Shown here piece by piece: positions 1-13,269 of a stretch of 64,000 nucleotides of DNA. A program made the position numbers and the translations under genes. The stretch is from Selaginella moellendorffii (taxonomy: Eukaryota; Plantae; Lycopodiophyta). Where the stretch lies: the NCBI RefSeq assembly GCF_000143415.4, contig NW_003314275.1, positions 372,001 to 436,000 on the forward strand, written 5' to 3'. Within the stretch, counting starts at the first letter, position 1. Each line of letters begins with the position of its first letter. The notes below the pieces were generated by a model, which ran no database searches, was not told the origin of the DNA, and saw nothing but the letters and a program-made list of their open reading frames with translations.

Positions 1-2165
1 CGAGTATATAGTATTCTCATATTTGATCACCCAAACTAATTCGTATAAATAGTATAGAAAACGTTGGGCGATCCATCCTAGAAATTGCGAGACTTGTCCA
101 ATATAAAAGCCCATCACAACGTGTCAATGCAACGCAATCGAGGTGTGATGGTGGGGCTGGACTCTTTGTGCTTGCTTGCTTGCTTGGTTTGCCTGCTCTA
201 CTTACATCGCTCGCTCTCTCGCTCGCTAGCTTGCCCATTTGGTGGATCGATCGTCTCCGACTAGGCCTTGGTGAGCTTTCGTGGAGATCTTGACCGCGAT
301 CCCAAGTTGGCGCGGAGAATATCTAAGGCCATTCTTGAACATGTTGTCTTTCATTGTCCAATGCCCGCTGGATGTTACGTCATATACAAAACAAGCTAAC
401 AAGTCAAGAAAGAGTATAAAACTACTTGATCAAAGAAACTCCAAAAAGGTGGTGACCACCCCTTGTAGTTTCGTAACCGAGGAGAGGTGGGCTACAGAAT
501 GGGCCCCCTGATTTTGATGTTTGCTATTCGGACTAGACTAATCTGCCGCCCCTAATCGTCAATTTCACGTACAAAACCACGCTTTCAATCATTTTTTGAA
601 TTGTTGACAGTGGTGGTGGTACGAAAAGAAGAATAATATTGCGAAACTGGGAACATGAAACAGAACATCCCGCACCGCAAAATCTGTTGAAGAAACTTGG
701 TATTTCTTTGTTTTGCTGTTTCCGCTTTGATGATATGTTGTTGTTGTTTCCTCCTCGTTGTTACAAGGAAACATTGGAGGGTCTAAGTACAGTGCCCATT
801 TATTTTCATCTCCTCTCCTTTTTCTAGAGTTTTAACTCTAGTAATGATAGTTTGTGAACTTCCCTGATCCCGATCAAGATGATTCATCATCAACTTGCTT
901 GGAGCAACTTCAACTCTATCTGGGCCCCGAGACGAAGAAAAAGGCGAGTGAATATTCCGAAATTTATTCTAAAGAAGGTTTTCTGGCATGTGCCATGATG
1001 TCAAGCTTGATTAAGCCACGCATGCATGCGACCGGTTTCGACCCCACCACCATGCCCGATACCCTAAGTCAAACGTGCCACCACCTTTCTGTATTTGTGC
1101 CAAATGTTAGACGCGTACATAACTTGTATACATTGTTTTAGATTATGTTTTTCATTTGCAGCCGGATTCTAGGTGTCAGGCAAATTTTGTTGAGTAACTC
1201 CTCAACAAAGCACTACACAAATTTTCAGGATTCTTCAGAGCCCAGGTGATGCAGGTGCAGGTGCAGAATGCATTTCTTTGTATTTGAAAAAGGTATTTAT
1301 TATTGTTAATTATCCATTAAAAACCTTTGGCTTGATCCAGCTTGTTCGTCGAGGAAGAAAACAAAACTAGATCTTCTCTCTCCGCTCGCGCAGTATCCCT
1401 TTGCGAAGAAATTGAATGGGCTTTGATTCCTTTTCTATTTTTTCTTCGAATTCTTGCAGCCGCAGCAGCAGCAGCGCAAGCTCGCGAGAGGTTCCTTTGT
1501 TTGACTGGAAAGTTTGCGTGCTTTGACTGGCTCCAGTCCGAAGGCTCGGGAATCTCTTGGTTCACACTGCTTGGAAGGGAAGAAAAGAAACAATTAAGAG
1601 CAGGGGATGAATGCGCTCTTAAGGTGGTCAACCTGGGACGATCGATCTCATATCTTCTTTTCTTGGAGCCGGCCTTGAACTGGATCGATCGTAGGACTCC
1701 AGCTTTTTAAACAAATCGGTGAATGGTGAAAACGAGGCAATTCCGCTCACCCTCGCGAGAGAAAAGAGAAAAGTTGCTGTGAGTTTGAGTACTTGGAAGG
1801 GCAGCAGCTTTCTCGTCATTTGCGTGCATTGACCCAACAACAAGAGGCTTTTGATCGCCGGGAGCGAATCTCGAGCGCTTAATTTGAAGTGTTTTCACGA
1901 CGATTCGGCCAAACTTTGGAAGGATAAACGGAGGTCTGTGTGATTGCCACAAAATAGATAAAAGAGTAGAAGTTTCTATAAGATGGATCTTTGCCCCAAA
2001 CCAAAAACTCTCTCGCAGGATCCAGCCCATGGATTGATCATCGCGTGATTTCGTTTGGGAATGTCGATCCAGAGCTCTCAATTGGCTGTCCCTCTCGCTG
2101 CTTTTCGAAAGAAGTAATTACCTCCATATACCAAAGAGCCGAGTGATGTGGTCCCTTTGACAAAG

Positions 2166-2187
2166 CACACACACACACACACACACA
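2166..2187. repeat. (CA)11 microsatellite upstream of the IDD gene
   Basis: Read directly from the sequence. Confidence 0.9.
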
Positions 2188-3520
2188 AGCACTGTTTGCT
2201 GGGCCTCCGTGAGCTGGATCGCCCAGATGGGCGTTTAAAACTCCCACGTTACAGTGGTCCCTCGAGCGATCTCTCGTCCGTATCTTCGTACATACGCCCC
2301 AGAAAACGCCCTCGTATGGCCACCTTGGTACACTGCGACTGTGCTGTCGACCGTACCGTATAGGTAGCATAGTTTATCTCTGACCGACATCGCCTTTGCT
2401 ACTTCTACTGCTTAGCATACTTTACACCTTTTTGTTTCGCTCACTCGCTCGCTCGCTCTTTCGCAAACTAGTTTTACTCGAACAGTGGTCCCCTTTTCTC
2501 TCATTCATTCATTCATTCCATCCATCATAGAAGAGAAAAGCTATTCTTCTTCGCGAGAAGCGCGAGCGACATCTTGTTAGCTTTTCTGGTCGCGGGAGCG
2601 CGACGAAGAGAGAGTTTTCCAGTAGAGCACGAGCGATCTCTTCCTCTCTCTCTCTCTCTTGAATCTCCCCCACTTTGGTTCTAGATCGAATAGAGCAGCA
2701 GCTTAGATCACACAACTTGCGAAAAACTAGCAAGAATTGTCGGTGAGATTAAGCGATCCATCTCAACGCAAGAAGAGTAAGAACATTCCAGTGACGACCA
2801 CCCTCTTAAAGATCCCTCCTCCTCTTCTCTTTCTCTCATGAGAGTGTATAAAGCTAGGAGGATCTCTAAGATTTGATCTCGCCAGGAGCACAGGAGAGAG
2901 AGGATAGAGTCGATCTATGGTCGCGGAGCTTATCGTGGAATTGAGTAGCGCTAGTAGTAGCAGCAGCGATGGTGGAAGCGGCGCAGTGGTGGAGGAGAGG
3001 ATCATTCCAGTGGCAAGAAGGAAAGGACTCTGGTGGTATAGAGCTGGAGTATGGCCCCCCTTTTCTTTCCAGGGACGAGGAGCTCTCTAGATCGCGTCGC
3101 CGCCATCGCAAAGCCATCGTGATCTTCGTCGCCGCCGTGTCGTCGTGTCGCAGATTCATGGTTGGCATTTTGGCAGGGGGCTGAGCGAGCAAGAATTTGG
3201 AGCGTAGCGCAGCGGCACCGCGAGGTCGCGCGAGCGAAGCGAGCGAGCGAGCTCGAGCTCGAATTGGGCTGGAGAAATTCTTGGGTCAGATCTTCTCTTC
3301 CAGTGGCGCCAGCGCGAGCGGGGCTTTGTTTTCTAGCTCCCAGTAGCAAAATCCAGTCGCGCAAGTGGTTTGGAGCTAGCTAGCTCAGAGCTACGAGGTG
3401 CGCGAGAAAGGATACCTTCTACGAATTTCTTCTTCTCCCTCGATCGGTCGAGAGGATCGAGGAGAGGCTGCAAGCGGGAGGACGACGAATTCTCTACGGA
3501 GGAATCCAGAGCTGCATGGG

Positions 3521-5624
3521 ATGCCACCGGATTTCGTGACCCTCCTGTCCAATTCCCATCACCACCACCAGCGCCACCACCACCACCAGCGCGCTGCTCC
3601 TCCGCCGCCACCCTTTCTGGGCGCCGCCGGCATTCTCCTCAATTCTCCCGGGAATTTCAAGGAGGAATTCGAAGGAGGAGGAGGCGAGCTTCTCGCGGAC
3701 AAGGAGCACGACTTCCGGGATTTCCTTGTGGCCGCTGGTGGAGATCAGATGACCACCACTTCCAATCTCACCTCGGCATCGGGCGATGCTAGCGTCTCGT
3801 CTGGCGGAGGCGGCGGCGGCGGCGGAGCTCATCAGCCACAGCCACTCGCAGGCGGCGGCGGCGGAGCTGCAGCAGCATCGAATGCCGGCGCCGCTGGCCA
3901 GCCTCCCGCCAAGAAGAAGCGCAATCTCCCCGGAACTCCAGGTAGATCCATCCATCCCTCTCTGGAATGTTTTATTTTGGCTGGCCATTGTGTGGGGTGT
4001 TCTTGGAAATATTTGGTGTTCTTGTTCTTCGTGTGTTCTTGGATGGATCATGGATGGAATGGAACGATCGATCTTCCGGTGCGGCATTAAATTCGTGGCG
4101 TGGTAATTGCAGACCCGGATGCGGAAGTTATCGCGCTGTCCCCAAAGACGTTAATGGCGACCAACAGATTCGTGTGTGAGATCTGTGGCAAGGGTTTCCA
4201 GCGCGACCAAAACCTCCAGCTCCACCGCCGCGGCCACAATCTGCCCTGGAAGCTCCGCCAGCGGACGAGCAAGGAGCCGCGCAAGCGCGTCTACGTGTGC
4301 CCCGAGGCGTCGTGCGTCCACCACGATCCCTCGCGCGCGCTCGGCGACCTCACCGGCATCAAGAAGCACTTCTGCCGCAAGCACGGCGAGAAGAAGTGGA
4401 AGTGCGACAAGTGCAACAAGCGCTACGCCGTCCAGTCGGATTGGAAGGCGCATTCCAAGACGTGCGGCACCCGGGAGTATCGATGCGACTGCGGCACGCT
4501 CTTCTCCAGGTACTCCCTCGCGATCCAATCCATTTCTTTCTACTTCTTCCTCGCGTTCTAGCGATCTTTCTTCGATAATCTCGTCTTGCTGCTCGTTCTA
4601 GCGATCTTTCTTCCATTCTTGGTCGATAATCTCGCGTTCCTCCTCGTCTTCCTCGTCTTCCTCCTCGTTCTAGCGATCTTTCTCCCATTCTCTCTTCGAT
4701 AATCTCGTCTTCTTCCTCGTTCCAGCGATCTTTCTTGCTCGTCGGATCTTTCTTCCATTCTCTCTCGATATCTCTCGCTCCATGGATCTTTCTTGCGTTT
4801 CTTGAGCTTTCTCCTCGAAATATCGATCCCTGGCGCTCGATTCACCGGTCTTTCCCGGTCGATCATCGCCATTCCCTCGTTCTTGCTCGGAATCTCGCGT
4901 TTCTTGATTGCATGCTCATCGATCCCTCGCGAATTCGTTTCCATGGATCGATATGACACATGCGTGTGCGCTGCTGCAGGAGGGACAGCTTCATCACACA
5001 CCGCGCCTTCTGCGACGCGCTGGCGGAGGAGAGCGCCAGGATCAAGCCCGGCACGGCAGCGGCGGCGGCGCAGCTCAATCCCAATTCCGCCCAGCCCGAC
5101 GCCTCCACCGATTCCCTGCCGCCCGGCGCCGTCCCGACCTCGCCCTACACAGTCCGGCTGCCGCCCGTGGTGGATCCATCGCTCACCGGTACCCCTCCGC
5201 GATTGCCAGGAGGCGACCTCTCCTCTAGCGGCGGCTTCGACGATTTCTCTTCTTCCAGGGCGGGATCGTCATGCCTTCCAAGGCTCTCTCTCTGGCTGGG
5301 TCCCGGGCCGGGAGGAGGACCAGGGCAGCCATCCACGTCCATGATCCAGCAAATGCAAGCCGGCGGCGATCCGGAGATGGGCAGCTTGGGCCTGGATCCC
5401 TCGCACTTCCTCCTGCCGCCCAAGTTGCTATCGAGCTCGCAATTCGAGCTGGATCGTGGTGGTGGCGGTGGCGGTGGCGGCGGGTTCTTCCCGATGGCTG
5501 GCGGGGCGTTTGGAGGCTCGGGCTCCTTCTCCGACTTGATGGGCATTAGCAACCGGAGCTTGGACTCCATGGCCGCGAATTCTTCCAGCAATGGCGGTGG
5601 TGCCTCGTTCTTGGGGAATCAAGC

Positions 5625-5655
<31 letters not shown>

Positions 5656-6351
5656 GTTCCTCCGCAGATGTCCGCCACGGCATTGCTCCAGAAGGCGGCG
5701 CAGATGGGAGCTACCGCCGGGAACAACTCGCTGCTGCGGGGATTTGGATTGGACTCGAGCTCGTTTGGATTGGGCAGCTTCTGGCAGCAGCAGCAGCAGC
5801 AGCAAAGCGGAGGAGGAGGCGCATCCAGGAACGTTAGCGCCGCTGCATTGCACCACCAGTTTGGTGGCGGAGGAAGGGGAGGAGCTCTAGCGGCGGCGCA
5901 AGAACAGGGTGGCGGCGCTGCCATGCATGGAGAGTTTGGAGGCTATGGCGGGATGTTCAACTGCTATCCACCGATGTTCACGGACGTGGGTCTCGGCGGT
6001 AATAGCTCCGGAGGATTCCGGATGTTCCACCAGGATCAAGAGCAGCAACAACAGCAGGATCATCAATCCATGCTGGTGGCGGCATTGGTTCCAAAGACCG
6101 AGGAGGGATGCGATCAAGCGCAGGGGGCGCTGACGCGCGATTTTTTGGGTGGCGCCGCCGCGAGCTTGGTGGAGAGCCTGAGCCAGCAGCAGCAGCAGCA
6201 GCAACAGCAGCACGAGGCGGGAGAGGAGCAAGAGGAGGAGGAGAATGGGCGGGGCGATGGCGGAGATGGAGAAGAGGAGGAAGAGCTGGAATCGCTGGGC
6301 GGAGGTGGCGGTGGCGGTGGCTCGTCCGATAAGTCGTGGGATGGCTCATGA
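3521..6351 (+). CDS. IDD: INDETERMINATE-domain (IDD/BIRD) C2H2 zinc-finger transcription factor; exons ~3521-3941, 4113-4509, 4980-6351 (alternative start ATG at 3749)
   Basis: [15 protein letters not shown]; [10 protein letters not shown]|[42 protein letters not shown]; FSR|[17 protein letters not shown]; C-terminal [14 protein letters not shown] and TRDFLG motifs. Two GT-AG introns keep the frame. Confidence 0.95.
4550..4775. repeat. Degenerate tandem repeat (core CTCGTTCTAGCGATCTTTCT...TCGATAATCTCG, about 4-5 units) in IDD intron 2
   Basis: Repeated TTCTAGCGATCTTTCT and TCGATAATCTCG blocks visible in the sequence. Confidence 0.75.
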
Positions 6352-6416
6352 TAATAAGATTGAATTGTCGTATAGTAACTCTGGGTGTTAGGGGTTTACA
6401 TTTGGGCGCGGCCCCA

Positions 6417-8636
6417 TTAGGGCTTATTTGTCAAGTTTTTGGGCGCGATGGGCGATCGTTGCTGCTGCGGCGGCTTGTACTTCCAGGGGAATTTCTCCGC
6501 CAAGAATCCATCGATGTCGAAATCTTTGTCTGCGCTGCCCAATTCCTGGGCGATGTCTGGAGGATTTGTCCTTCGCTTCTCTGCTGGATCCAAAATCCCG
6601 GCTAGACCCTCGATCGTAGGAGCCAAAAACTCGGATATGTTGACGTCCCACGGCGCTTCTTCCACGACTTCGGTTCTCTGCAAAACGATTTGGACGTATC
6701 AATGAGAAGAAAAGAGAGTTTTGTTTTCCAGAAGTACCTGTTGGAGGCATTGAGTTCTCAGCTCCTCGGCTCGAACGGCGTTCCCGCAGCGCTCCTCCAT
6801 CGCGGCCCACGAAAGCCACGCGGGCATGTTTTGCGAATCCAGGCGCAGTGCGCTCCGGAACAAAGCTCTTGCGGCACCATAGTTCTCGTCTTTGCCTTCC
6901 AAAACACCCCATGCCTGTGAGAAAGAAAGAGCAAAGTTTTAACTTCTTGCCAAACGAAAAAGTGGTCGATCATCTTACCTGGTACGTTTTCACAGCGTTC
7001 AGGTTCCTGTTGCTCACCGCTAGTGATTTTTGATAGTAATCACGCGCGGAGTCGAGGTTTCCTTCTTTCCACTCCACCCATCCCCAAGCCTACTCGCACA
7101 GGAGAAGCAAATAAAAAGAGGTAAGAACGAGACGATGAAAGCGTACACTGTCCAACGTACCAGCCACAACGGTTGGTGCTTTGCATCGATCAGCACAGCA
7201 CGCCTAAAATGCCTCCGCGCAATGTCTGGCTGCCCACAGTCGTACTCGAAAAGAGCGAAGGCTTGAAGAAGCACCACGTCTTTGGGATTGAGCTCCATTC
7301 CCCTCTGAAAGAGGTGACGAGCGCGGCCTTTGTTTCCGTCCTTGGCCTCGAAGCGAGCCCAGGCTTGCCATATGTGTCCATTTCGAGGAACTGCTTGGAG
7401 ACCTCTCTGCCAGTTCACAAAAACAAAACTTCGCATCAGGAAACCTGCGAGAAAGAAAAAAGAAATGACGAACCTGGAATAATTGCCTGACAGAAGCCTT
7501 GATTCCATATTCAGCTTCCATTAGTGCCCAGGCCTGTTGGAAAAGGAAACGAGTCAGAGAAAACCAAAATGAGAATGAAACGCTCCCACGCACCAGCCAG
7601 CTTGCTGCGCTCTTGGAGTTTGCTTGAGTGGCTTTTGTAAAGTACGTCCTAGCTTGCTCGATCTCGCCCATTCTGACCTCGATGATTGCTAGAGTCTGGT
7701 AGAGATACTCGTTTGGACCACAAAACTTGAGCCCTTTCAAGAGCAAAGCTCGAGCTTTTCTCATGCTTCCGTTTCGAAGTTCCAACACGGCCCAGCCATG
7801 CCAAGCTGCGGCATGCTTCTTATCTGCGACGGTGGCCGCGTCGAAAAGAGTCCTTGCTCTGGAAACATTGCCGCTTCGCTCTTCTAGCACCGCCAAAGCC
7901 TTACAAAGAAGACTTATACAACTGTGTAGAAAAAAAAACAGAAGAAGTTTTGTATGTATACCTGCCAGATATATGGATTTTCACCTCGGCAAGCTTGGCA
8001 ACCATCTTCGTAGAGTTTCCTGGCTTCCTTGATTTTGCCCGACTTCACGAGGGAAGTTCCCAAAGCGACGTATGCTCGACCATCATCCGCCCAGTCTCTG
8101 ATACACTAAAACACGTAAAACTACTCGTGAGTGGCAGCGAAAGAAGAAAAGAAGATCTTTACCTCTCGTAGAATGGCGTCCGCCATGAATTTTTTCTTCG
8201 TCCTCTGCGCGAGCTTTGCTTTGTAGAGCAAGAGATCGAGGTTGATCTTGAGCCTCCCATGAATCCTTCCAGGCACCACGGGAGCTCTGCTAGCAGCACC
8301 GATCTCTTGGACAACTCGGACATCTTCGCTGGAGATCGATGGCTCTTCCTCCGGCTCACTCTCGGACGATTCCTCGGGCACTGCCACCACCTCCTCCGAC
8401 GAATCGCCATTGCGGACGTGAGCCTCTAGCGCCTCGTCCCCAGCGGAGATGGAAGAAGTAGAAGACGAAGACGAAGAAGATATCGCATGGGGTTGCAAGG
8501 AGCTCGAAGACTCAAACCTCAATCCACCGAGAAACGCTGGCTTTCGAGACGACGGCGATGATCCCAGCGACGCTGTGCTCGCCGACGAGAGGCGCAATGC
8601 GATGGAATTGGAGTGCTGGAGGAATGCCACCGCCAT
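6417..8636 (-). CDS. HCF107: Chloroplast HAT/TPR RNA-binding protein, HCF107/Mbb1-like; multi-exon
   Basis: Ser-rich transit peptide from ATG 8636; HAT repeats (ARTLFDAATVADKKHAAAWHGWAVLE, RNGHIWQAWARFE); C-terminal RAEELR...QQRTEVVEEAPW matches my recollection of HCF107. Confidence 0.85.
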
Positions 8637-8878
8637 AGCCAACACCACCGCTTAGCCACACTCACTAACATCATCCACAACGCCAAACCAGGATTTGCTT
8701 AGCAACAATCCCGCTATAAGATCGAGCTCGAGTACCTCTCAAGGAGCTGCCACCATGGATCCGGAAGAAATGTGGGGCGCCTCGGCCACCGCCATCGCCA
8801 TCACCATCGCGCTCCATGCCCGGGAAGATGTAGCCCTATTACTTCTTAGATCAAAACCCTAGCAGGGTTTCTAGAGCT

Positions 8879-10396
8879 ATGGGCAGCGCCTCGTCTTTCA
8901 ACAAGAGATCGATCGCGCCTACCGGCGGCGGGAGTGTGATCGAGATCCCAGGTACTAGTATCAATCCAGGGAACGAGGAATCACCATCGCCATGGGCAGA
9001 AGAAGAGAAGAATGTGGATCTTGCCGATCCCACGCTTGTTCTTCCCGAGGAATGCCTAGGGCTCGTCTTCGATCGCCTCGACACGCGCGGCCGCAACGTC
9101 GCGTCGCTCGTCTGCCGCCGCTGGCTGCTCGCCGAGGCGAATTCTCGCAAGATCCTCTCGCTATCGGCGCCACTGTCGCTGCCGGTGTCGTGCCTGGAAT
9201 CCAGCCTTATGCGATTTCCAGTGCTCTCCAAGCTGGGTCTCAAGTGTGAGCGAGGCGTCCCTTCCATCACCGACGAGGGGCTGGTGCTCATCGCCACGCA
9301 CTGCCGCCGCCTCAGCAAGCTCAAGCTCAAGAACTGTACAGGGCTCCAAGACGATGGGCTCGTCGCCTTCGCCGCCGCGGTGTGCCGGGCATCCTTTCGA
9401 TCCTTCTCGTGCTGCTCGTGTGGATTCGGCTCGCGGGGGCTCAACGCGATCATCAAGAACTGCGTGGCTCTCGAGGATCTCTCCGTGAAGAGGCTCCGGA
9501 TGGGTGGCGAGCCGGGGCAGCTGGTCGAGGGGCCGAGCAAGCTCAAGCGGCTGTCCATCAAGAACATCCTGGATGGCGGCCATGCTTTCACGCCGCTCAT
9601 CGCGAGCTCCAAGCATCTTCACACGCTGATCATCTTCAAGGCTACCGGACAGTGGGACAAGCTCTTGGAGCTGTCCGTGGAGGGGCTGAGCGAGCTGACG
9701 GAGCTCAGGATCGAGAAGCTCCATCTCGGCGATCAAGGGCTGGTAGCTCTCGCAAAATGCCGCAAGCTCCAGGTGCTCTTCCTCGCCAGAACTCCTGAGT
9801 GTAGCAACACGGGGTTGTCAGCCATAGCCAACGGATGCCGGTCGCTTCGCAAGCTTCACGTTGATGGTTGCTTTACGGGGAGAATCGGGGACAAGGGGCT
9901 GCTTGCCGTCGGCGAGAGATGTCCGGAGCTCAAGGAGCTCGTTCTCATCGGCGTGTCCGTCACCTCCAACAGTCTGGGAATTGTTTTTACGAACTGCATG
10001 GGGCTGGAGCGTCTCGCAGTGTGGAACAGCGAGACTTTTGGGGACGGGGAGCTGGCTTGCATCGGAAGCAAGTGCCAGGCTCTACGCAAGCTGTGTATCA
10101 AGTGCTGTCCCATCTCGGACCAAGGACTGGAGGCGCTGGCCAGCGGCTGTCCGAGCTTGACCAAGGTGAAGATCAAGAGGTGTAGGAGTGTATCGGCTTC
10201 GGGAGCTGCGTCGCTGATGATGGCTCACGACGGACTGGTGGTGACTTTGGAGGCTGATCAGGCGACCGAGGCAGAACGGGGTCCGGTCGAGGAAGTTGTT
10301 CCTCTTGCTGCTGCTGGTGTTGCTGCTCCGAGCCGGTCGGCTTTTTCGAGAGCGAGGTCTGCGATTGTTGCTGCGTTAGGAAGAGTTCTCTCGTGA
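8879..10396 (+). CDS. F-box/LRR protein of the VFB/SKIP2 family; single exon
   Basis: F-box LPEECLGLVFDRL...SLVCRRW followed by cysteine-containing LRRs; KLGLKCERGVPSITDEGL is typical of VFB/SKIP2. Confidence 0.9.
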   Translation: MGSASSFNKRSIAPTGGGSVIEIPGTSINPGNEESPSPWAEEEKNVDLADPTLVLPEECLGLVFDRLDTRGRNVASLVCRRWLLAEANSRKILSLSAPLSLPVSCLESSLMRFPVLSKLGLKCERGVPSITDEGLVLIATHCRRLSKLKLKNCTGLQDDGLVAFAAAVCRASFRSFSCCSCGFGSRGLNAIIKNCVALEDLSVKRLRMGGEPGQLVEGPSKLKRLSIKNILDGGHAFTPLIASSKHLHTLIIFKATGQWDKLLELSVEGLSELTELRIEKLHLGDQGLVALAKCRKLQVLFLARTPECSNTGLSAIANGCRSLRKLHVDGCFTGRIGDKGLLAVGERCPELKELVLIGVSVTSNSLGIVFTNCMGLERLAVWNSETFGDGELACIGSKCQALRKLCIKCCPISDQGLEALASGCPSLTKVKIKRCRSVSASGAASLMMAHDGLVVTLEADQATEAERGPVEEVVPLAAAGVAAPSRSAFSRARSAIVAALGRVLS

Positions 10397-10767
10397 TCAG
10401 GACACACAGCAAAGCACGCACGAGCAATACAATTGTTTCAGGTAGACTCGTTAGTTCTTCTTTGTGAAGCTCACGCGTTTGTCTCCGGTGTTTCCTTCAA
10501 TTCAAAGATCCGTGCTTGAGTTTCGCGAAGAATAGGAGAAAAGTTTTAAGAAACATAGTAGTGCCCACTAGTGGAAAGGACTTTCAAGCGTGATGCTTGA
10601 AAGTGGCCGGTAAGCACTGTTTACTATTTTATGTGTTGATTCCTTATTCAGATGCTATGCTCCAGAACATCCAGCGGCTTTGTCCTCTTGAGAGGAGCGC
10701 GATGAAAATTCTGGCCAAGTCCTAGGCCTCTTGGGCTGTAAGGCGTGGAGTAGTAGCAAAAGAGGAA

Positions 10768-13228
10768 ATGGCCATTCTTCAAGCCGCTGCGCCGAGCGCT
10801 CCCTTCGAAAGATGCTGGAGGCGCAGCAAGAGAATGGATAAGGAGTTTGTGGGCTGCTTGCAAAATGGGAAATTGGCCAAGGTGCGAAGATTGCGAGTCT
10901 CATGCTCGTTGGAAGCCATGGTTTCTGATATGGGCAAAGGAGGTATAGTGAGCCACTTCTCAAGTTAGTGCTCGTTCTTGTGGCTCATCTTGTGTTTGAT
11001 TTTTCTCTGCAGCTCCAAAAGGCCTTTTCCCTCCCGAGCCTGAGAGCTACACTGGACCCAAGCTCAAAGTTGCAATTGTTGGTGCGGGTCTAGCTGGAAT
11101 GTCCACCGCTGTTGAACTCCTCGATCAAGGACACGAGGTAAAACCGGTCAGCATGTCTGGAAAATCCTCTCAAGTTTTGTTTTTGTTTTGTCAGGTTGAT
11201 ATTTATGATACCAGGTCGTTCATCGGTGGAAAGGTTGGATCATACCAAGACAAGAACGGGAACCACATCGAGATGGGATTGCATGTCTTTTTTGGTTGCT
11301 ATTGCAATCTCTATCGTCTCATGTCAAAGGTTTGCTTTTTAAAGATTTACAAGCAGTGATAGTATCTTTTCAGGTTGGAGCGGATGAGAATCTTCTTCTC
11401 AAAGATCATATCCATACCTTCATCAACAAAGGAGGCTTAACTGGAGGTGTGTGCGGTAATTTCGTCGCCTCTAGCTCACTCGTCGATTTGTTTTCAGAGC
11501 TGGATTTTCGATTTCCTGTCGGCGCTCCTTTGCATGGAATCAAAGCTTTTCTCACGACAAATCAGCTCAACGTAAGTGGAAATCTGATTTCGTCTGTGGC
11601 GAAGGATTTGAAACTTTATCATTTTGTCCAGGCTCTTGACAAAACGGCCAACGCTTTTGCTCTTGCAACAAGTCCGGTTGTGCAAGCTCTCATTGATCCC
11701 GATGGTGCAATGCGGACTATCAGAAACTTAGACAAGGTAACGTAGTCGAGTTCTAGATTTTCAACAAAAGTCTACAGCTAATAATTGTCATCAGGTCAGC
11801 TTCTCAAAGTGGTTCATGTCCCACGGAGGAACACGAGAAAGTATCACTCGAATGTGGGATCCAATTGCCTACGCTCTGGGATTTCTCGACTGTGACGACA
11901 TCAGCGCTCGCTGCATGCTCACCATTTTTGCTCTTTTTGCTACCAAAACAAATGCCTCGCTTCTTAGAATGTTGAACGGGGCTCCGGATCTTCGGCTGCA
12001 CGCTCCCATCCGCGACTACATAACGAGTAGAGGTGGAAGGTAACGAGATGTGAAACTTTTAGATGATTCACGCAATACTCATTCAAGCTTGCAGGTTTCA
12101 CTTGCGATGGGGATGTCGAGAAATTCTTCACGACTACACTCTGGACGGCGAGACCTTTGTGACTGGACTCGTGATGACGAAGGTGACTTGCTCTCCTCTT
12201 TTTTCTTCCGGAAGGAGAAGTCATAGGTTTTATTTTTATCGGTTTCAGGCAGGCGAAAGAGAAGTTATCAAGGCTGATGCTTACGTCGCAGGTGGGAAGC
12301 ACAAACTCGTAGTTTCTTTTTGAAGTGGCTTTATCTTCTTGTGTGCACAGCTTGTGATGTTCCTGGAATCAAAAAGCTTTTGCCAGAACAATGGCGGGAG
12401 TACGAGTTTTTTGACAAGATATACAATCTCGTAGGAGTGCCAGTGATCACCGTGCAACTACGATTTAATGGCTGGGTGACTGAAATGCGAGATATCGAGC
12501 TTTCAAGGTTGGAAAGTCTTCTTCATACTGTTTGTGTAAATCTTTACTCCTTTCTTTCAGACAACTCAACCAAGCGACTGGACTTGACAATCTGCTCTAC
12601 TCGGCAGACGCAGACTTCTCATGTTTTGCTGATCTTGCACTAACTTCGCCAGTCGATTACTACAAGCCCGGTGAAGGATCTCTTCTTCAGTAAGTCGATT
12701 CACCTCCAATCCCGAGCTCATTGTTTTGTGAACATTTCAGGATGGTTTTGACACCAGCGGATCCTTACATGCCGCTCTCGAACGACAAGATCGTGAGCAA
12801 AGTTCATGAGCAAGTGACTGACTTGTTCCCATCATCTCGGGAGCTAAAAGTTACTTGGTCTTCCGTGGTGAAAATCGGACAATCGCTGTACCGAGAAGCT
12901 CCGGGCATGGACGCTTTCAGGCCCGACCAGGCGACCCCGATCTCCAATTTTTTCTTGGCTGGATCTTACACTAAACAAGTAAGTTGTTCCTTGTTCTTTC
13001 TTTGGTCTTTCTCTTTTCTTGAGCAGTGATGGATCGATGGCCGTTTGATTTCAGGATTACATCGATAGTATGGAAGGCGCGACGCTGTCTGGAAGGCAAG
13101 CAGCAGCTCGGATTTGCGAGAAAGGATCGTTTTTGAAAGGATTAAATCCAGAGGAAGAAGAAGAGAGTGTCGAGAATGGTTCGTCTTTGAGCAAGAGCAA
13201 GGACGAGTCTCCACTCACATTTGTTTAA
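10768..13228 (+). CDS. ZDS: Zeta-carotene desaturase, plastid-targeted; multi-exon
   Basis: [11 protein letters not shown]; [24 protein letters not shown]; [14 protein letters not shown]; [10 protein letters not shown]|[17 protein letters not shown]; stop TAA at 13226-13228. Confidence 0.96.
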
Positions 13229-13269
13229 ATACCAAGTTTTAAATTTCTAGGGTTTTAGGGAAGAGCTCG

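Noticed and set aside
1-3400. Short ORFs or miRNA hairpins upstream of IDD
   Set aside because: No recognisable protein or mature miRNA; consistent with a long regulatory/5' UTR region with GA and CA repeats.
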